A stretch of 64,000 nucleotides of DNA from Bacteroidetes bacterium ADurb.Bin145 (GCA_002070505.1 MWDJ01000005.1:73627-137626); one strand, 5' to 3'. Numbered from the stretch's first letter, positions 1 to 9,871 are shown. Numbers and translations: made by a program. The notes: generated from the letters alone by a model not told the origin.

Positions 1-1815
1 TCACTTAGTTACTCTTCAGGTACTCTTATAACAAAAGGTAATAACCAGTTCGGGATTCATCAGACAGGAAAAGATTCACTCGAATTCTATGTAATGACAA
101 GATCGAAGCAAAAAGTACGGATCGCCCTGCCTCCCAACTGGGAAAACAACTGGCATTTTGTTTCAGCCGTATATGATGGCAGATCAATTTATATCAACCT
201 TGATGGAAAAGAGAGCAGGAGAAAAGCAGTTTCAGGCAATATAAAGAACACACCTTTCCCTGTAAACATCGGTAGGAATGCTGAGATACACGGGCAGGAA
301 ACGGAAGTTTATATCTGTGATGCGATAATCGATCAGGTAGGTGTTTTCCCTGTAATCCTGCCTTCTGATTCTCTTCACTCACCTTCACCTTCATTGAAAA
401 AGAAAGCTTCTCTGTGGCTGGATTTTGAGGAAGAGAGGGATGAAGGTGAGTTTTACAGCTACGGTATCGGAGCGAGGACCTACGGATCTATCTGGCCTGA
501 CAGGCGGCCGCAGCCTGAGATGTGGCAGATAAAAAAATCGGCTCAACCTGTGAAAGCAGAAATGATCTCACCCGATGAAGGTAAGATCAAACTGACAAAC
601 CGCTTCCTTTTTACAGATCTTTCGGAATTAGAGTCTGTATGGGAGTTAAAGGCTGATAATGAAGTTATTGAGCAGGGAGTGCTCTCGCCTGATCTGAAGC
701 CGCTGCAATCAGCTATTATGAAGATACCATTCAGCAAACCTGACATCAAAGAGAATACTGAATACCATCTGTGCCTCAGTTTCAGAATTCGAAACGGATC
801 AGTATGGGCTGGTCGCGGTCATGAAGTGGCATGGGAAGAATTTGAACTTCCGTGGAAAAAAGAAGCAAAAACCGTGATAAGGAGTACTGTTAATCAATTA
901 ACAGTAAATGAGAGTAACGGGAGTCTAATAATTTCCGGAGATAAATTCAGATATGTCTTTGATATGAAACAAGGTCTCCTAATCTCATTTAATGTTGATG
1001 GTAAGGAAGTTATAAAAAGAGGAGCACAACTGAATCTCTGGCGGGCACCACTTGCCAATGAAGTTGATGAATGGGCAGGCTGGAGGGGTAGTCGCCAGTA
1101 TGCATCCCAGGGTTTTGGAGCCTGGATATCATCAGCCTGGTACTCCTATGGCCTTGATCAGATGAAAAGAATTCCTGAGTCATTCAGCTATAAAATGTCA
1201 GATAACGGATCTCTGGAAATTGAGATAAGAGATCTGATGGTAAATACTTCAGGGAGAGGGATTTTTATGAATCATTTTACGTACAGTATCTCATCTGATG
1301 GTGTAATTGACATAGATCATACAATCATCCCCGATGGGGAACAGCCGCAGTGGCTTCCCAGGGTAGGGGTGGACCTTATACTGGATCCTTCCGTTTCAAA
1401 TGTTGAGTGGTATGGCCGGGGACCGCAGGAAAATTACCCCGACAGAAAAAGCGGTTACAGAACAGGGAGATACAGATCTAATGTAAATGAAATGTATGAG
1501 CCATATCTCATACCTCAGGATCATGGTCTGAGAACCGATAACAGATGGGTCAGGCTGACCGATAATAAAGGTACAGGAATTGAGTTCAGCGGCAGCAGGC
1601 TGTTTAATTTCAATGCTTACCCCTACACAACGGAAAACCTTGCCAGATCAGTCTATACCTACCAGCTTAAAAGATCTGACGGTATCACATTCAATTTCGA
1701 TTATGCCACAAGCGGCGTGGGATGCACTGCCCTGTCGGTATTTCCCGAATACAGGGTCATGCCTCAGCGATATGATTTCAGGATCACTATTAAACCTGTG
1801 ATGGGAGGTTTATGA
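1..1815 (+). CDS. GH2-family beta-galactosidase, C-terminal part (5' end outside window); LamG/concanavalin-like module followed by beta-gal small-chain (domain 5)
   Basis: Frame 1 is open from nt 1 with no stop before the ATG at 94, so the gene is cut by the window edge. LacZ domain-5 signatures are present: NLWRAPLANE, WYGRGPQENYPDRK (compare E. coli GLGPQENYPDRL) and PQDHGLRTDNRWV. The first visible residues (NWHFVSAVYDGRSIYINLDG) resemble a LamG/Laminin_G_3 jelly roll. Confidence 0.75.
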   Translation, partial: SLSYSSGTLITKGNNQFGIHQTGKDSLEFYVMTRSKQKVRIALPPNWENNWHFVSAVYDGRSIYINLDGKESRRKAVSGNIKNTPFPVNIGRNAEIHGQETEVYICDAIIDQVGVFPVILPSDSLHSPSPSLKKKASLWLDFEEERDEGEFYSYGIGARTYGSIWPDRRPQPEMWQIKKSAQPVKAEMISPDEGKIKLTNRFLFTDLSELESVWELKADNEVIEQGVLSPDLKPLQSAIMKIPFSKPDIKENTEYHLCLSFRIRNGSVWAGRGHEVAWEEFELPWKKEAKTVIRSTVNQLTVNESNGSLIISGDKFRYVFDMKQGLLISFNVDGKEVIKRGAQLNLWRAPLANEVDEWAGWRGSRQYASQGFGAWISSAWYSYGLDQMKRIPESFSYKMSDNGSLEIEIRDLMVNTSGRGIFMNHFTYSISSDGVIDIDHTIIPDGEQPQWLPRVGVDLILDPSVSNVEWYGRGPQENYPDRKSGYRTGRYRSNVNEMYEPYLIPQDHGLRTDNRWVRLTDNKGTGIEFSGSRLFNFNAYPYTTENLARSVYTYQLKRSDGITFNFDYATSGVGCTALSVFPEYRVMPQRYDFRITIKPVMGGL

Positions 1816-1894
1816 TATTTTTTTTATTTTTAATTTTCATTCCAGCAGAAACAGATAAGGTGATTTTAAATATCTATAACTGAAATTTTTTATC

Positions 1895-2932
1895 GTGAAG
1901 AAAAAGATCATAACATTCGGAGAGATAATGCTCAGGCTTGCAACTCCTGAGCATCAGAGGTTTTCCCAGGCCGTATCATTATGTGCATCATATGGCGGTG
2001 GTGAAGCTAATGTAGCCATTTCACTTGCCAACTACGGATTGGAAACTGAATTCGTTACAAGGCTGCCCCAAAATGATTTTGGCAAATCTGTGGTAATGGA
2101 ACTAAGGAAGCACAATGTCGGAACAGCACATATTATCTTCGGTGGCGAAAGGCTTGGTATCTATTTCCTTGAAACAGGGGCAGTCTCAAGGCCGAGTAAG
2201 GTCATCTATGACCGTGCGCATTCATCAATATCAGAGATAAAACCAGGAATGCTGAAATGGGAGGAGATATTTGCTGATGCTGCATGGTTTCACTGGACTG
2301 GTATCACTCCTGCAATCTCACAGGGTGCTGCTGAAACATGCCTGGAAGGGATAAAAATAGCAAAAAGTAAAGGCCTGATTGTCTCATGTGATCTTAATTT
2401 CCGGAAGAACTTATGGAAATGGGGCAAAAGTGCCGGAGAGGTGATGCCTGAAATGGTAAAATACAGCGATATCATTCTGGGGAATGAGGAGGATGCAGAG
2501 AAGGTATTCGGGATCAAACCGGAAAAAGCTGATATATCTGCCGGAGATGTGAAAAATAACGAATATGAGTCAGTATGCAGGGATCTTAAAAAAATGTTCC
2601 CTGATGCCGGGAAAATAATAATCACCCTCAGGGGATCGGTGAATGCGGATCATAATAGCTGGTCAGGAATATTGTTTGACGGTAAGAAATTCTTCAGTGC
2701 TCCTGTTTATCAGATAACTCATATAGTCGACAGGGTAGGAGGAGGCGACTCTTTTATGGGCGGCCTAATTTACGGGCTTATTACATATACTGATGATGAC
2801 CAGAAAGCATTGAACTTTGCAGTTGCAGCTTCATGTCTTAAGCACACGATCCATGGTGATTTCAACCTTGTTACTGTATCTGAGGTTGAAACACTCATGA
2901 AAGGAGATGCTTCAGGCAGGGTAGTCAGGTAA
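1895..2932 (+). CDS. kdgK: 2-dehydro-3-deoxygluconokinase (PfkB/ribokinase family sugar kinase)
   Basis: GTG start. The N-terminus KKIITFGEIMLRL is typical of KdgK. The C-terminal PfkB motif DRVGGGDSFMGGLIYG is present. Length is 345 aa. Confidence 0.8.
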   Translation: MKKKIITFGEIMLRLATPEHQRFSQAVSLCASYGGGEANVAISLANYGLETEFVTRLPQNDFGKSVVMELRKHNVGTAHIIFGGERLGIYFLETGAVSRPSKVIYDRAHSSISEIKPGMLKWEEIFADAAWFHWTGITPAISQGAAETCLEGIKIAKSKGLIVSCDLNFRKNLWKWGKSAGEVMPEMVKYSDIILGNEEDAEKVFGIKPEKADISAGDVKNNEYESVCRDLKKMFPDAGKIIITLRGSVNADHNSWSGILFDGKKFFSAPVYQITHIVDRVGGGDSFMGGLIYGLITYTDDDQKALNFAVAASCLKHTIHGDFNLVTVSEVETLMKGDASGRVVR

Positions 2933-2949
2933 TCAGATAGACAGTAAGA

Positions 2950-4323
2950 TTATTTCAGCACCTTCACTTCCGGAATAATAAGAGATTTATTCTGGAACAT
3001 TTTTTCCGGAATGATTGGTTTGAATAATCCTGAAGGCAAAGCTCCTGATTTTGGTGTGGGCATTGATTTTCCTGTTGCAAGTTCAATAGCCCTGGCGATC
3101 ATCGGGTCATTCACATTTCCAAATGGCAGTGCTGAAAACAGATTATCTTCAACGACATGATCCGGAGTAAGCCCGTCTTCGAAATCAGTGAATCCATTAT
3201 TATTGATAAACTTGCTGACTATAGGCATCATTGCCCATTTGTTTTTGTCATCCGGAATTACCCATGAACCGACATATTTACCATAGGTAGGGGTCCCTAT
3301 CTGAACTACCTCCATATAAGGATCGAGGCCTGCAATAACCAATTCGCTGGCAGATGCAGAACGTCCCGTTGTAAGAATATAAACGCGGTTCAGATTCAGA
3401 TTTCCCGCAGCAGGATAGAAATTATAATAGAGGTAACTGTTAAAATTATTTGCAACAAGATAATATTGCAGATCGGCATTATATTGAAGCCGGATCATAA
3501 GGCCACTATTTGAAGCTATGGTAAGAGGCACAATTTCTGATGCAAGATGAATTGCCGCATCAACCGCACCTCCCGGATTATAACGAAGATCAACTATCAG
3601 ATCGGAAACACCTGCACTTATGAATTCGTTGAAAATATTATCCATCTCCTGGAGGTAAGCATCATTATTACCTGGAATGAATTCAACATATACAAGGTAT
3701 CCGATCTTGGTACCGTTCACGTCAAGAACGGTATGGTAAATTGATGGATCAGCCTGGACGATCCGGGCTGTCATACTGAAAGAAACACCCGTGGGAGTCA
3801 AAGTATGATTTACTATTGTACCTAACTGTACTGTATAACTCTGTCCGGAGTATTTTGTATAATAGTTGGCTGTATCAAGAGGTGTATTGTCTATTGAAAT
3901 AATTAAATCTCCTCTTTCAAGTCCGGCTTCGGCTGCCGGGGAATTCGGGTAGACGTAACATACGACAATGAACACTTTATTATCAGGCGTCTGATAGAAC
4001 GCCGGATAGTAACCCATTGTCTCCGGTACTCCATTCAGTTCAGCAGCAAGTTTCGGGTAATCATCTGTGATGTATGACCACTTATCTTTTTCATCATAGA
4101 GCAGTTTATAAAAATAGGCTTCCGGATCAGCCTCTTTCATGTAGTCAATTCCAGATGTCATCTGGGTGTTCCACAGATAATAAAGGGCCATGTTCTCATA
4201 GATCCATCTGTTGGTGATTAAAGTTTCAGTCGGGATATCGCTTTCCGGCTCATCCTTCTTGCAGGATTGGTTGATTGTAATAGTAATCAGGGTTGCAAGC
4301 AGTAAGAATAGTATCTTTTTCAT
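2950..4323 (-). CDS. S41-family peptidase (C-terminal processing peptidase-like) lipoprotein with PDZ-like region
   Basis: Signal peptide plus lipobox-like ITINQSC. PDZ-like segment SPAAEAGLERGDLIISID. S41 catalytic-region motifs DLRYNPGG and TGRSASASELV. Confidence 0.75.
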   Translation of the reverse strand: MKKILFLLLATLITITINQSCKKDEPESDIPTETLITNRWIYENMALYYLWNTQMTSGIDYMKEADPEAYFYKLLYDEKDKWSYITDDYPKLAAELNGVPETMGYYPAFYQTPDNKVFIVVCYVYPNSPAAEAGLERGDLIISIDNTPLDTANYYTKYSGQSYTVQLGTIVNHTLTPTGVSFSMTARIVQADPSIYHTVLDVNGTKIGYLVYVEFIPGNNDAYLQEMDNIFNEFISAGVSDLIVDLRYNPGGAVDAAIHLASEIVPLTIASNSGLMIRLQYNADLQYYLVANNFNSYLYYNFYPAAGNLNLNRVYILTTGRSASASELVIAGLDPYMEVVQIGTPTYGKYVGSWVIPDDKNKWAMMPIVSKFINNNGFTDFEDGLTPDHVVEDNLFSALPFGNVNDPMIARAIELATGKSMPTPKSGALPSGLFKPIIPEKMFQNKSLIIPEVKVLK

Positions 4324-4383
4324 CTTAAAGAATATGCTTTTAGTAATATTAGAATATCCATAAATCCTTTGGCAAAGCCAGGA

Positions 4384-4719
4384 TTAATTCCGGATTTTTA
4401 TTTCTGCATTGAGCAGATCTTCAATTGACAATGAAGGTTCTTCTTTGTTTTTAAGTTTTCTCTGAACCATTTTCCCTGCCTTGCGGGCATCAGACCTTGA
4501 ACTGAAGGGGATATTGCCTTCAACAGCCGGGATAAATGGTTGATATATAAAGATCTTTCCCTGGCTGGTTATTGAATAGCCATAACCATTACCAGTTTTG
4601 AAGGTGTTGACCTTCAGACTTTCCTTGCTTCTCAGGAACAGAATAAGAGTCAGCGCTGCTACAACGAGCAGCAGCACAGCAAAGATCGACCTGCTAGGTA
4701 TTTTCGTCATAAATCTCAT
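4384..4719 (-). CDS. small membrane-anchored protein, DUF4907-like
   Basis: I trimmed the 175-aa ORF to the ATG at 4719 (MRFMTKIPSRSIFAVLLLVVAAL...). The longer form would run about 200 nt into the upstream Kelch gene. One N-terminal TM helix is followed by GNGYGYSITSQGKIFIYQPFIPAVEG, as I recall for DUF4907 proteins that follow Kelch genes in Bacteroidota. Confidence 0.5.
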   Translation of the reverse strand: MRFMTKIPSRSIFAVLLLVVAALTLILFLRSKESLKVNTFKTGNGYGYSITSQGKIFIYQPFIPAVEGNIPFSSRSDARKAGKMVQRKLKNKEEPSLSIEDLLNAEIKIRN

Positions 4720-5695
4720 CAGGGAGTAACTCCCACATATCATCAAACCTGTAGGTGCTGCTTCTTCCGGTAAGAACAAAACCACGGGTAGAAGTATATA
4801 TCGATACTGTCCCTGTACGGCTTGTGCCTTCAAAAGAATGTAAACTCTCCCAGAGATCTGAATCAGGAAGATATTCCCAAGTGTCGGTACGGAGTGACCC
4901 GCTCTCACCACAGGTCAGGAAAACTCTGTTTCCGACTAAAACAGCCACTGCATTGGAACGGGCTATATTATAATCGTCATCGTAGCTTTCGTCAACATTC
5001 TTATTTGCAATTGCTCTCAGCTGAGTCCACTGTTGATTTGTGGGATCAAAGCGCCAGAAATCGGTAACATATGAACCATTATTAATACCGCATACAAGGT
5101 AAGCCTTGCCACCATTAACAAAAACTGTTGCGTTGTTACGCTTTGAACCTCCGGCAGATGTTGTCTGGATCCAGGTATCAAGGGCCGGATCATATTGCCA
5201 CATATCTTTCAGGAAGTTACCGTCATAGCCTGTGCCGATATATCCCTTACCGTTAAGGCCGAAGCCTACGGCACCAGAGCGTGCGCTTCCGCCAAAATCA
5301 GCTTTTTTCGTCCATGTATTTGTTGCAGGATCATATTCCCAGAAATCTTTAAGGTAATTGTTTCCGTCAAACCCGGTTCCAATATATCCTTTGTTGTTTA
5401 GGCTGAATGCTGTTGCAGTAGTCCTTGCAGCGCCCGGGAACTCGGCTTTCTGTGTCCAGAAATCCTGTTGAACATTATATTCCCACAGGTCCGACAGCCT
5501 GTTCTTACCATCAAATCCTCCAAAAACGTATCCTTTTTCACCTATGCTGAATGAGGCAGCATCACCTCTGGCCACTCCCTCAAAATCGGATCTTTTAACC
5601 CAGTCACCATATTCAACTTCCTCTTCTCCGCCGCAACCTGCCAATCCCAGAGCCATAGCAATATAAGATGCAATTAAAACTGTTTTACCCTTCAT
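4694..5695 (-). CDS. Kelch-repeat beta-propeller lipoprotein
   Basis: Lipoprotein signal MKGKTVLIASYIAMALGLAGC. Repeated Kelch units of about 48 aa (GYIGTGFDG...DFWEYDP..NTW). Confidence 0.7.
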   Translation of the reverse strand: MKGKTVLIASYIAMALGLAGCGGEEEVEYGDWVKRSDFEGVARGDAASFSIGEKGYVFGGFDGKNRLSDLWEYNVQQDFWTQKAEFPGAARTTATAFSLNNKGYIGTGFDGNNYLKDFWEYDPATNTWTKKADFGGSARSGAVGFGLNGKGYIGTGYDGNFLKDMWQYDPALDTWIQTTSAGGSKRNNATVFVNGGKAYLVCGINNGSYVTDFWRFDPTNQQWTQLRAIANKNVDESYDDDYNIARSNAVAVLVGNRVFLTCGESGSLRTDTWEYLPDSDLWESLHSFEGTSRTGTVSIYTSTRGFVLTGRSSTYRFDDMWELLPDEIYDENT

Positions 5696-5915
5696 ATCAA
5701 GAAATTTAAATGTTTAATCAATAACGTTAAAGTATCAGTGTAAATTATATCTACAATAAACTTCGATATAATCCGTTTTATTGTCCGTAAAAATATATAA
5801 TTTAACGACAGATGGAAAATTTTTTCCGAAAACTATTTCGCATGATAAAAATACGATTTTACGCTCCTGAAATATCAATTAATAAAATAATTTTTATTAC
5901 TCTTGTCCCCATTGT

Positions 5916-5923
5916 TATCTTTG
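5916..5923 (+). promoter_or_regulatory. -7 promoter box TATCTTTG upstream of the DUF4270-like gene
   Basis: Matches TAnnTTTG, 32 nt upstream of the ATG at 5955. Confidence 0.35.
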
Positions 5924-5954
5924 CCGTTTATCAGTAAGACATTATATTTATAAG

Positions 5955-7283
5955 ATGAAAAGTAAGATTTGCAGGGGATATTTCACCTTACTGATTTTTT
6001 CAGCGCTCATAACTTCTTGTACGAGTGAGGATTTTGTAATTGGGAGGAAATTCCTTGACAGCAGCGTCAGAACGATAATGATCGATACATGCTCTGTTAA
6101 ATTGAGCACTGTCTCCATCGACTCGGTTAAAACCTCGAATAAAAACTCAGTTCTTGCTGGAAGATTTATAGATCCTATCGCCGGTACAACTGTTTGTACG
6201 GCTTTTATCCCTTTTGGTGTTCCCGTCCAGCCGCAACTCCCTGAACATAAATTGATCTTTGATTCACTTCAACTGGTTATGTGCCTGGGAGATAAATGGA
6301 TAGGAGATACAACACGTTTTAATTCTTTCAGGATTCACAAGCTGACTGAACCGGTTGAACCGCGTGAAGGAGGAGCGTTTTACAGCACTAACTCAATCCC
6401 GTTTGAAACTGAACCCCTTACAGAATTCTCTTTCAAGAAAGAATCATTACGGGGAGATTCTGTCTCTGTCCGTCTTCCTGACGACCTAGGATCAGATCTG
6501 TTCGAAAAAGTTAGAGTCTTTGATGAGTCGGTTATGGGTTCTCAGGAACGTTTTTCAAATTATCTGCCCGGTTTTGCCCTGACTGCCGGAGACGATAATA
6601 AAAATGTGCTTTCTTTTACTGTGAGTGAGGATTCGAGCATGCTGCTGAAAATCTACTATCACTATTCCACATGGGTTAAAACCCAGGGGATAATTACGAT
6701 CAAACCGCTTCCGACAAAATGTTTCTACGGAGTTGTAACTGATCGTAGCGGTACTCCTTTCAAAGATCTCGCAGCAGTCAAAGAACTTCCATCATCCAAA
6801 AGTGGAAATATGGTTCTGATCCAGGCGCTCACCGGCTCTTATCTGAAAATCGAAATTCCTCATCTGAACGATCTGCTTCAACTTGGTGATTTCAGCACTG
6901 TTACTGCCGGAGCATTGGTTATTTACCCTGTAAAAGGAACATTTTCAAAGCTCAATCCTCTGCCTACCAATCTCTCAATGTATGTCTCTGATGAAAACAA
7001 TGTTACACAGGGTTATATCACAAATTACTCCGGAGAGTCATTGCAGACAGGAAACCTGGTTACCGATGAACTTTTTGGCATTGATACATATTACACATAT
7101 GATATTACATCCTTCCTTCAGAGCCAGCTGGGAGCTTTCGGAATTTATAAAAGGAACCTTAAGCTTACTGTCCCTGAAGACATATTAGCAACCTCTCTCA
7201 ACACTCTTGTCGCCGGAGATATGTTACATCCGGGAAACAGGATAAAGTTGAAAATATCGTATCTTATCTATGACGGTAAATAG
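5955..7283 (+). CDS. DUF4270-like lipoprotein
   Basis: Lipoprotein signal (LLIFSALITSC). The N-terminal pattern IG..FLD......D...V...T...DSV.T......LAGRFIDPIAG matches my recollection of DUF4270. The 3' end overlaps the next gene by 14 nt. Confidence 0.55.
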   Translation: MKSKICRGYFTLLIFSALITSCTSEDFVIGRKFLDSSVRTIMIDTCSVKLSTVSIDSVKTSNKNSVLAGRFIDPIAGTTVCTAFIPFGVPVQPQLPEHKLIFDSLQLVMCLGDKWIGDTTRFNSFRIHKLTEPVEPREGGAFYSTNSIPFETEPLTEFSFKKESLRGDSVSVRLPDDLGSDLFEKVRVFDESVMGSQERFSNYLPGFALTAGDDNKNVLSFTVSEDSSMLLKIYYHYSTWVKTQGIITIKPLPTKCFYGVVTDRSGTPFKDLAAVKELPSSKSGNMVLIQALTGSYLKIEIPHLNDLLQLGDFSTVTAGALVIYPVKGTFSKLNPLPTNLSMYVSDENNVTQGYITNYSGESLQTGNLVTDELFGIDTYYTYDITSFLQSQLGAFGIYKRNLKLTVPEDILATSLNTLVAGDMLHPGNRIKLKISYLIYDGK

Positions 7284-8493
7284 AATTGTATCCAGCATAT
7301 TGTCTTTAATTATATGGTCATCAGTTTCTCTGGCTCAGGAACTTAACATATCGCCATATTCAATTTTCGGGATCGGAGATATTCATCTGAGTGAAACAGG
7401 TCGTACTACAGGCATGGCTTCAGCATTGACGGGCCTTTCAGGTGGACAGTTGCTTAATACAGCTAATCCTGCCGCGCTTGCAACTCTCGATACCAATACT
7501 TTTATTTTTGACATGACTGGTTCGGCAAAAGGATCTCTTTATAATTCAGGAGGCCTTACCCAGGGTTCCCTGGGCGCAAATTTCAACAGAATAAGTGCAG
7601 GTCTACATATTACATCAAGATGGTCCGGGGCTGTTACTATACAGCCATATTCGACTGTAAACTATAAGGTGAAAAGAGAGGATTTTATTGAAGGTTCACA
7701 AAACAAAATTTCTACATTTTATGAGGGTTCCGGCGGGGTTAACCGTATTTCATTGCTTAATTCCTTCAGGCTGACCAAAAGTTTGTCAATTGGCGCGGAT
7801 TTTATGATGCTTTTTGGAAACATTAACCGGGACGTAACCCAAAGCGAGGTAAAGATAAGAGAGAATTCGCTCGGGAATTCATTCTCTTTTACAGCGGGTA
7901 CTTTTTACTGGACAAAACTTTCGGAAAACCTCAATTTCTCAGCCGGGCTGACATATGGCTATGGTACTGATCTCAGGTTCAAAAATTCCCTTACTGTAAT
8001 CAGCAAGGAAGGAAGCATTATTTTCAATGAGGATATTGAGTCTTCGCGTATGAAGAGCCCGGCAAACTGGGGAGCCGGTGCGTCTTTACACACGAGGAGG
8101 TTTATAGTTGCTGCTGATTACCGTTATCAGAAATGGTCAATGTTATATGGCAGCAAGGCAGATCGAAGGTTTACTGATACACATATGGCTAATATTGGCG
8201 CGGAATATGCTCCGGGAGTTAATTCCGGAAGAACTTATGCCAGATCATTTAAATATGAAGCCGGTCTATCTGTATCCAATTCTTTCTTGACAATAAACGG
8301 AATTAACCCTATAAATTTTGAACTGACAGCCGGAGCAGCAATACCTTTGCGGACAGGGGGACAGGTAAATGCCAGTATTGGATGGGGAAAAAGAGGAACA
8401 ACGGACAAAGGCCTTATCAGGGAAGATTACCTTCGTCTTACACTCAGCATATCGCTAGCCGAGAGAATGTTCCTGAAACGAATGTACGATTAA
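7270..8493 (+). CDS. outer-membrane beta-barrel protein, FadL/TodX/PorV-like
   Basis: Signal peptide (SSVSLAQE). N-terminal hatch-like motif GRTTGMASALTGLSGGQLLNTANPAAL, which fits the GxG(A)...NPA pattern of FadL-type barrels. The remainder has an alternating beta-strand pattern. Confidence 0.55.
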   Translation: MTVNRIVSSILSLIIWSSVSLAQELNISPYSIFGIGDIHLSETGRTTGMASALTGLSGGQLLNTANPAALATLDTNTFIFDMTGSAKGSLYNSGGLTQGSLGANFNRISAGLHITSRWSGAVTIQPYSTVNYKVKREDFIEGSQNKISTFYEGSGGVNRISLLNSFRLTKSLSIGADFMMLFGNINRDVTQSEVKIRENSLGNSFSFTAGTFYWTKLSENLNFSAGLTYGYGTDLRFKNSLTVISKEGSIIFNEDIESSRMKSPANWGAGASLHTRRFIVAADYRYQKWSMLYGSKADRRFTDTHMANIGAEYAPGVNSGRTYARSFKYEAGLSVSNSFLTINGINPINFELTAGAAIPLRTGGQVNASIGWGKRGTTDKGLIREDYLRLTLSISLAERMFLKRMYD

Positions 8494-8545
8494 CCGCCTT
8501 TCAGCATTTATCGCTTACATAGGTAACACTCAAAATCAGAAGTTT

Positions 8546-9871
8546 TCAGTGATCGAGAACTGATCCGTCAAAACTATCCCACATCTCCGGGAATTCCCAC
8601 TCTTTGACACCCCGCTCATTTTCGATAAGATCATCGTCAAGCTCAATTCCCAGGCCTGGGCCATCAATATTGCCGGCCAGTGCAATATGCCCGTCATTTC
8701 CCATTACAAGAGGTTTTTTGATATAACTTTTGCCCAGTGCACTTCTCTTAACTCCGTCTTCAGGAGCTGCCTGAAGGCTTGGGAGCTCATGTGCCAGAAG
8801 GTTGGGAATGCTTGCGGCCACATGCATCGAAGCCACTGCACCTACTATCCCTTCCTTTGCATGGGGAAGCATGGATGCGTAGAATGCCTCAGCAAGTATG
8901 GCAATCGCTTTCATCTCGGTTATTCCGCCGCAATGAGTTACATCAGGCTGAAGAAGTGAGGCGGCACCAAGTGACAACAGATCCCTGAACTGCCATTTGG
9001 TGACCATCCTTTCCCCTGTGGCAAAAGGAATATGAGTCTTTTTGGCCATTTCTGCCATCAGGGGCAGATTCTGAAACTGTATTGGTTCCTCAAAGAACCA
9101 GGGTTGAAATGGTTCAAGCGCTTTAATCAGCAGCATGGATGTCTGAGGAGAATGATCTCCATGCAGTTCAATTCCCATATCCGTTTTTGGACCGATCACA
9201 TCCCTTATTGCAGATACATTTTCAACCATACCCTGAATAAAATCGGGATTTTCTACTATCCTTGACAATCTTCCGCGGCTGTAAGTAGCACTTACCTTCA
9301 TTGATTTGTATCCTTCATTTATCACCTGTTTAGCACCTTCAGGATCTCCGGCCTGTCCGTAAACTCTTATCCGGTCACGTGTAGGGCCGCCGAGAAGTTC
9401 ATATATGGGAACGCCCAGAGCTTTTCCTTTTATATCCCACATCGCTATATCAACTGCTGAGAGCGCACTTGTCAGAACTATATCTCCCCTGTAAAAGGCA
9501 TGGCGGTATATTGCCTGCCAGTGATGAGCAGGACGCCTCGGATCTTTACCGATAAGGTAATTCTCAAGTTCACCTATCGCTGCAGCTGTTGTTGAAATAC
9601 GTCCCTCAACCGTTCCCTCTCCGACACCTGTAATGCCTGCATCAGTATGTAATTTAATGAATATGGTTCTCAGTGTATTTACAGGAATTATCTCAAGTTT
9701 TGTGATTTTGATCGTTTCACGAGGAGCTATTAGAGCTTTTTGAGGATTCAATATGTTCTCTTTTCCCTCAGGCTGAAAATGCTTGCCCGTCAGCTGTTCA
9801 GCAGTTAAAAGACCTGCCATACCGGCTGTCATCTGCTTAAGCCAATTCCTTCTGGATTTATTATGTGCCAT
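8546..9871 (-). CDS. enolase-superfamily (mandelate racemase/muconate lactonising; galactonate/mannonate dehydratase-like) enzyme with twin-arginine signal
   Basis: Start moved from a TTG at 9904 to the ATG at 9871. The N-terminus MAHNKSRRNWLKQMTAGMAGLLTA is a Tat consensus (S-R-R-x-W-L-K). MR_MLE features: AVDIAMWDIKGK, GIELHGDHSP, FFEEP, ATGER. Confidence 0.8.
   Translation of the reverse strand: MAHNKSRRNWLKQMTAGMAGLLTAEQLTGKHFQPEGKENILNPQKALIAPRETIKITKLEIIPVNTLRTIFIKLHTDAGITGVGEGTVEGRISTTAAAIGELENYLIGKDPRRPAHHWQAIYRHAFYRGDIVLTSALSAVDIAMWDIKGKALGVPIYELLGGPTRDRIRVYGQAGDPEGAKQVINEGYKSMKVSATYSRGRLSRIVENPDFIQGMVENVSAIRDVIGPKTDMGIELHGDHSPQTSMLLIKALEPFQPWFFEEPIQFQNLPLMAEMAKKTHIPFATGERMVTKWQFRDLLSLGAASLLQPDVTHCGGITEMKAIAILAEAFYASMLPHAKEGIVGAVASMHVAASIPNLLAHELPSLQAAPEDGVKRSALGKSYIKKPLVMGNDGHIALAGNIDGPGLGIELDDDLIENERGVKEWEFPEMWDSFDGSVLDH

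Noticed and set aside
2290-2625. Antisense or overlapping ORFs inside well-supported genes. Examples: 2290..2625, 26347..26874, 27082..27382, 30981..31931, 43235..43675, 44127..44514 and 58194..58544.
   Set aside because: Each lies wholly within a longer ORF that has clear family signatures on the other strand or frame, and I recognised no motifs in them.
4720-4911. N-terminal 64-aa extension of ORF 4384..4911.
   Set aside because: It would overlap the 3' end of the Kelch gene by more than 200 nt in another frame. The internal ATG at 4719 gives a sensible TM-anchored DUF4907-like protein.
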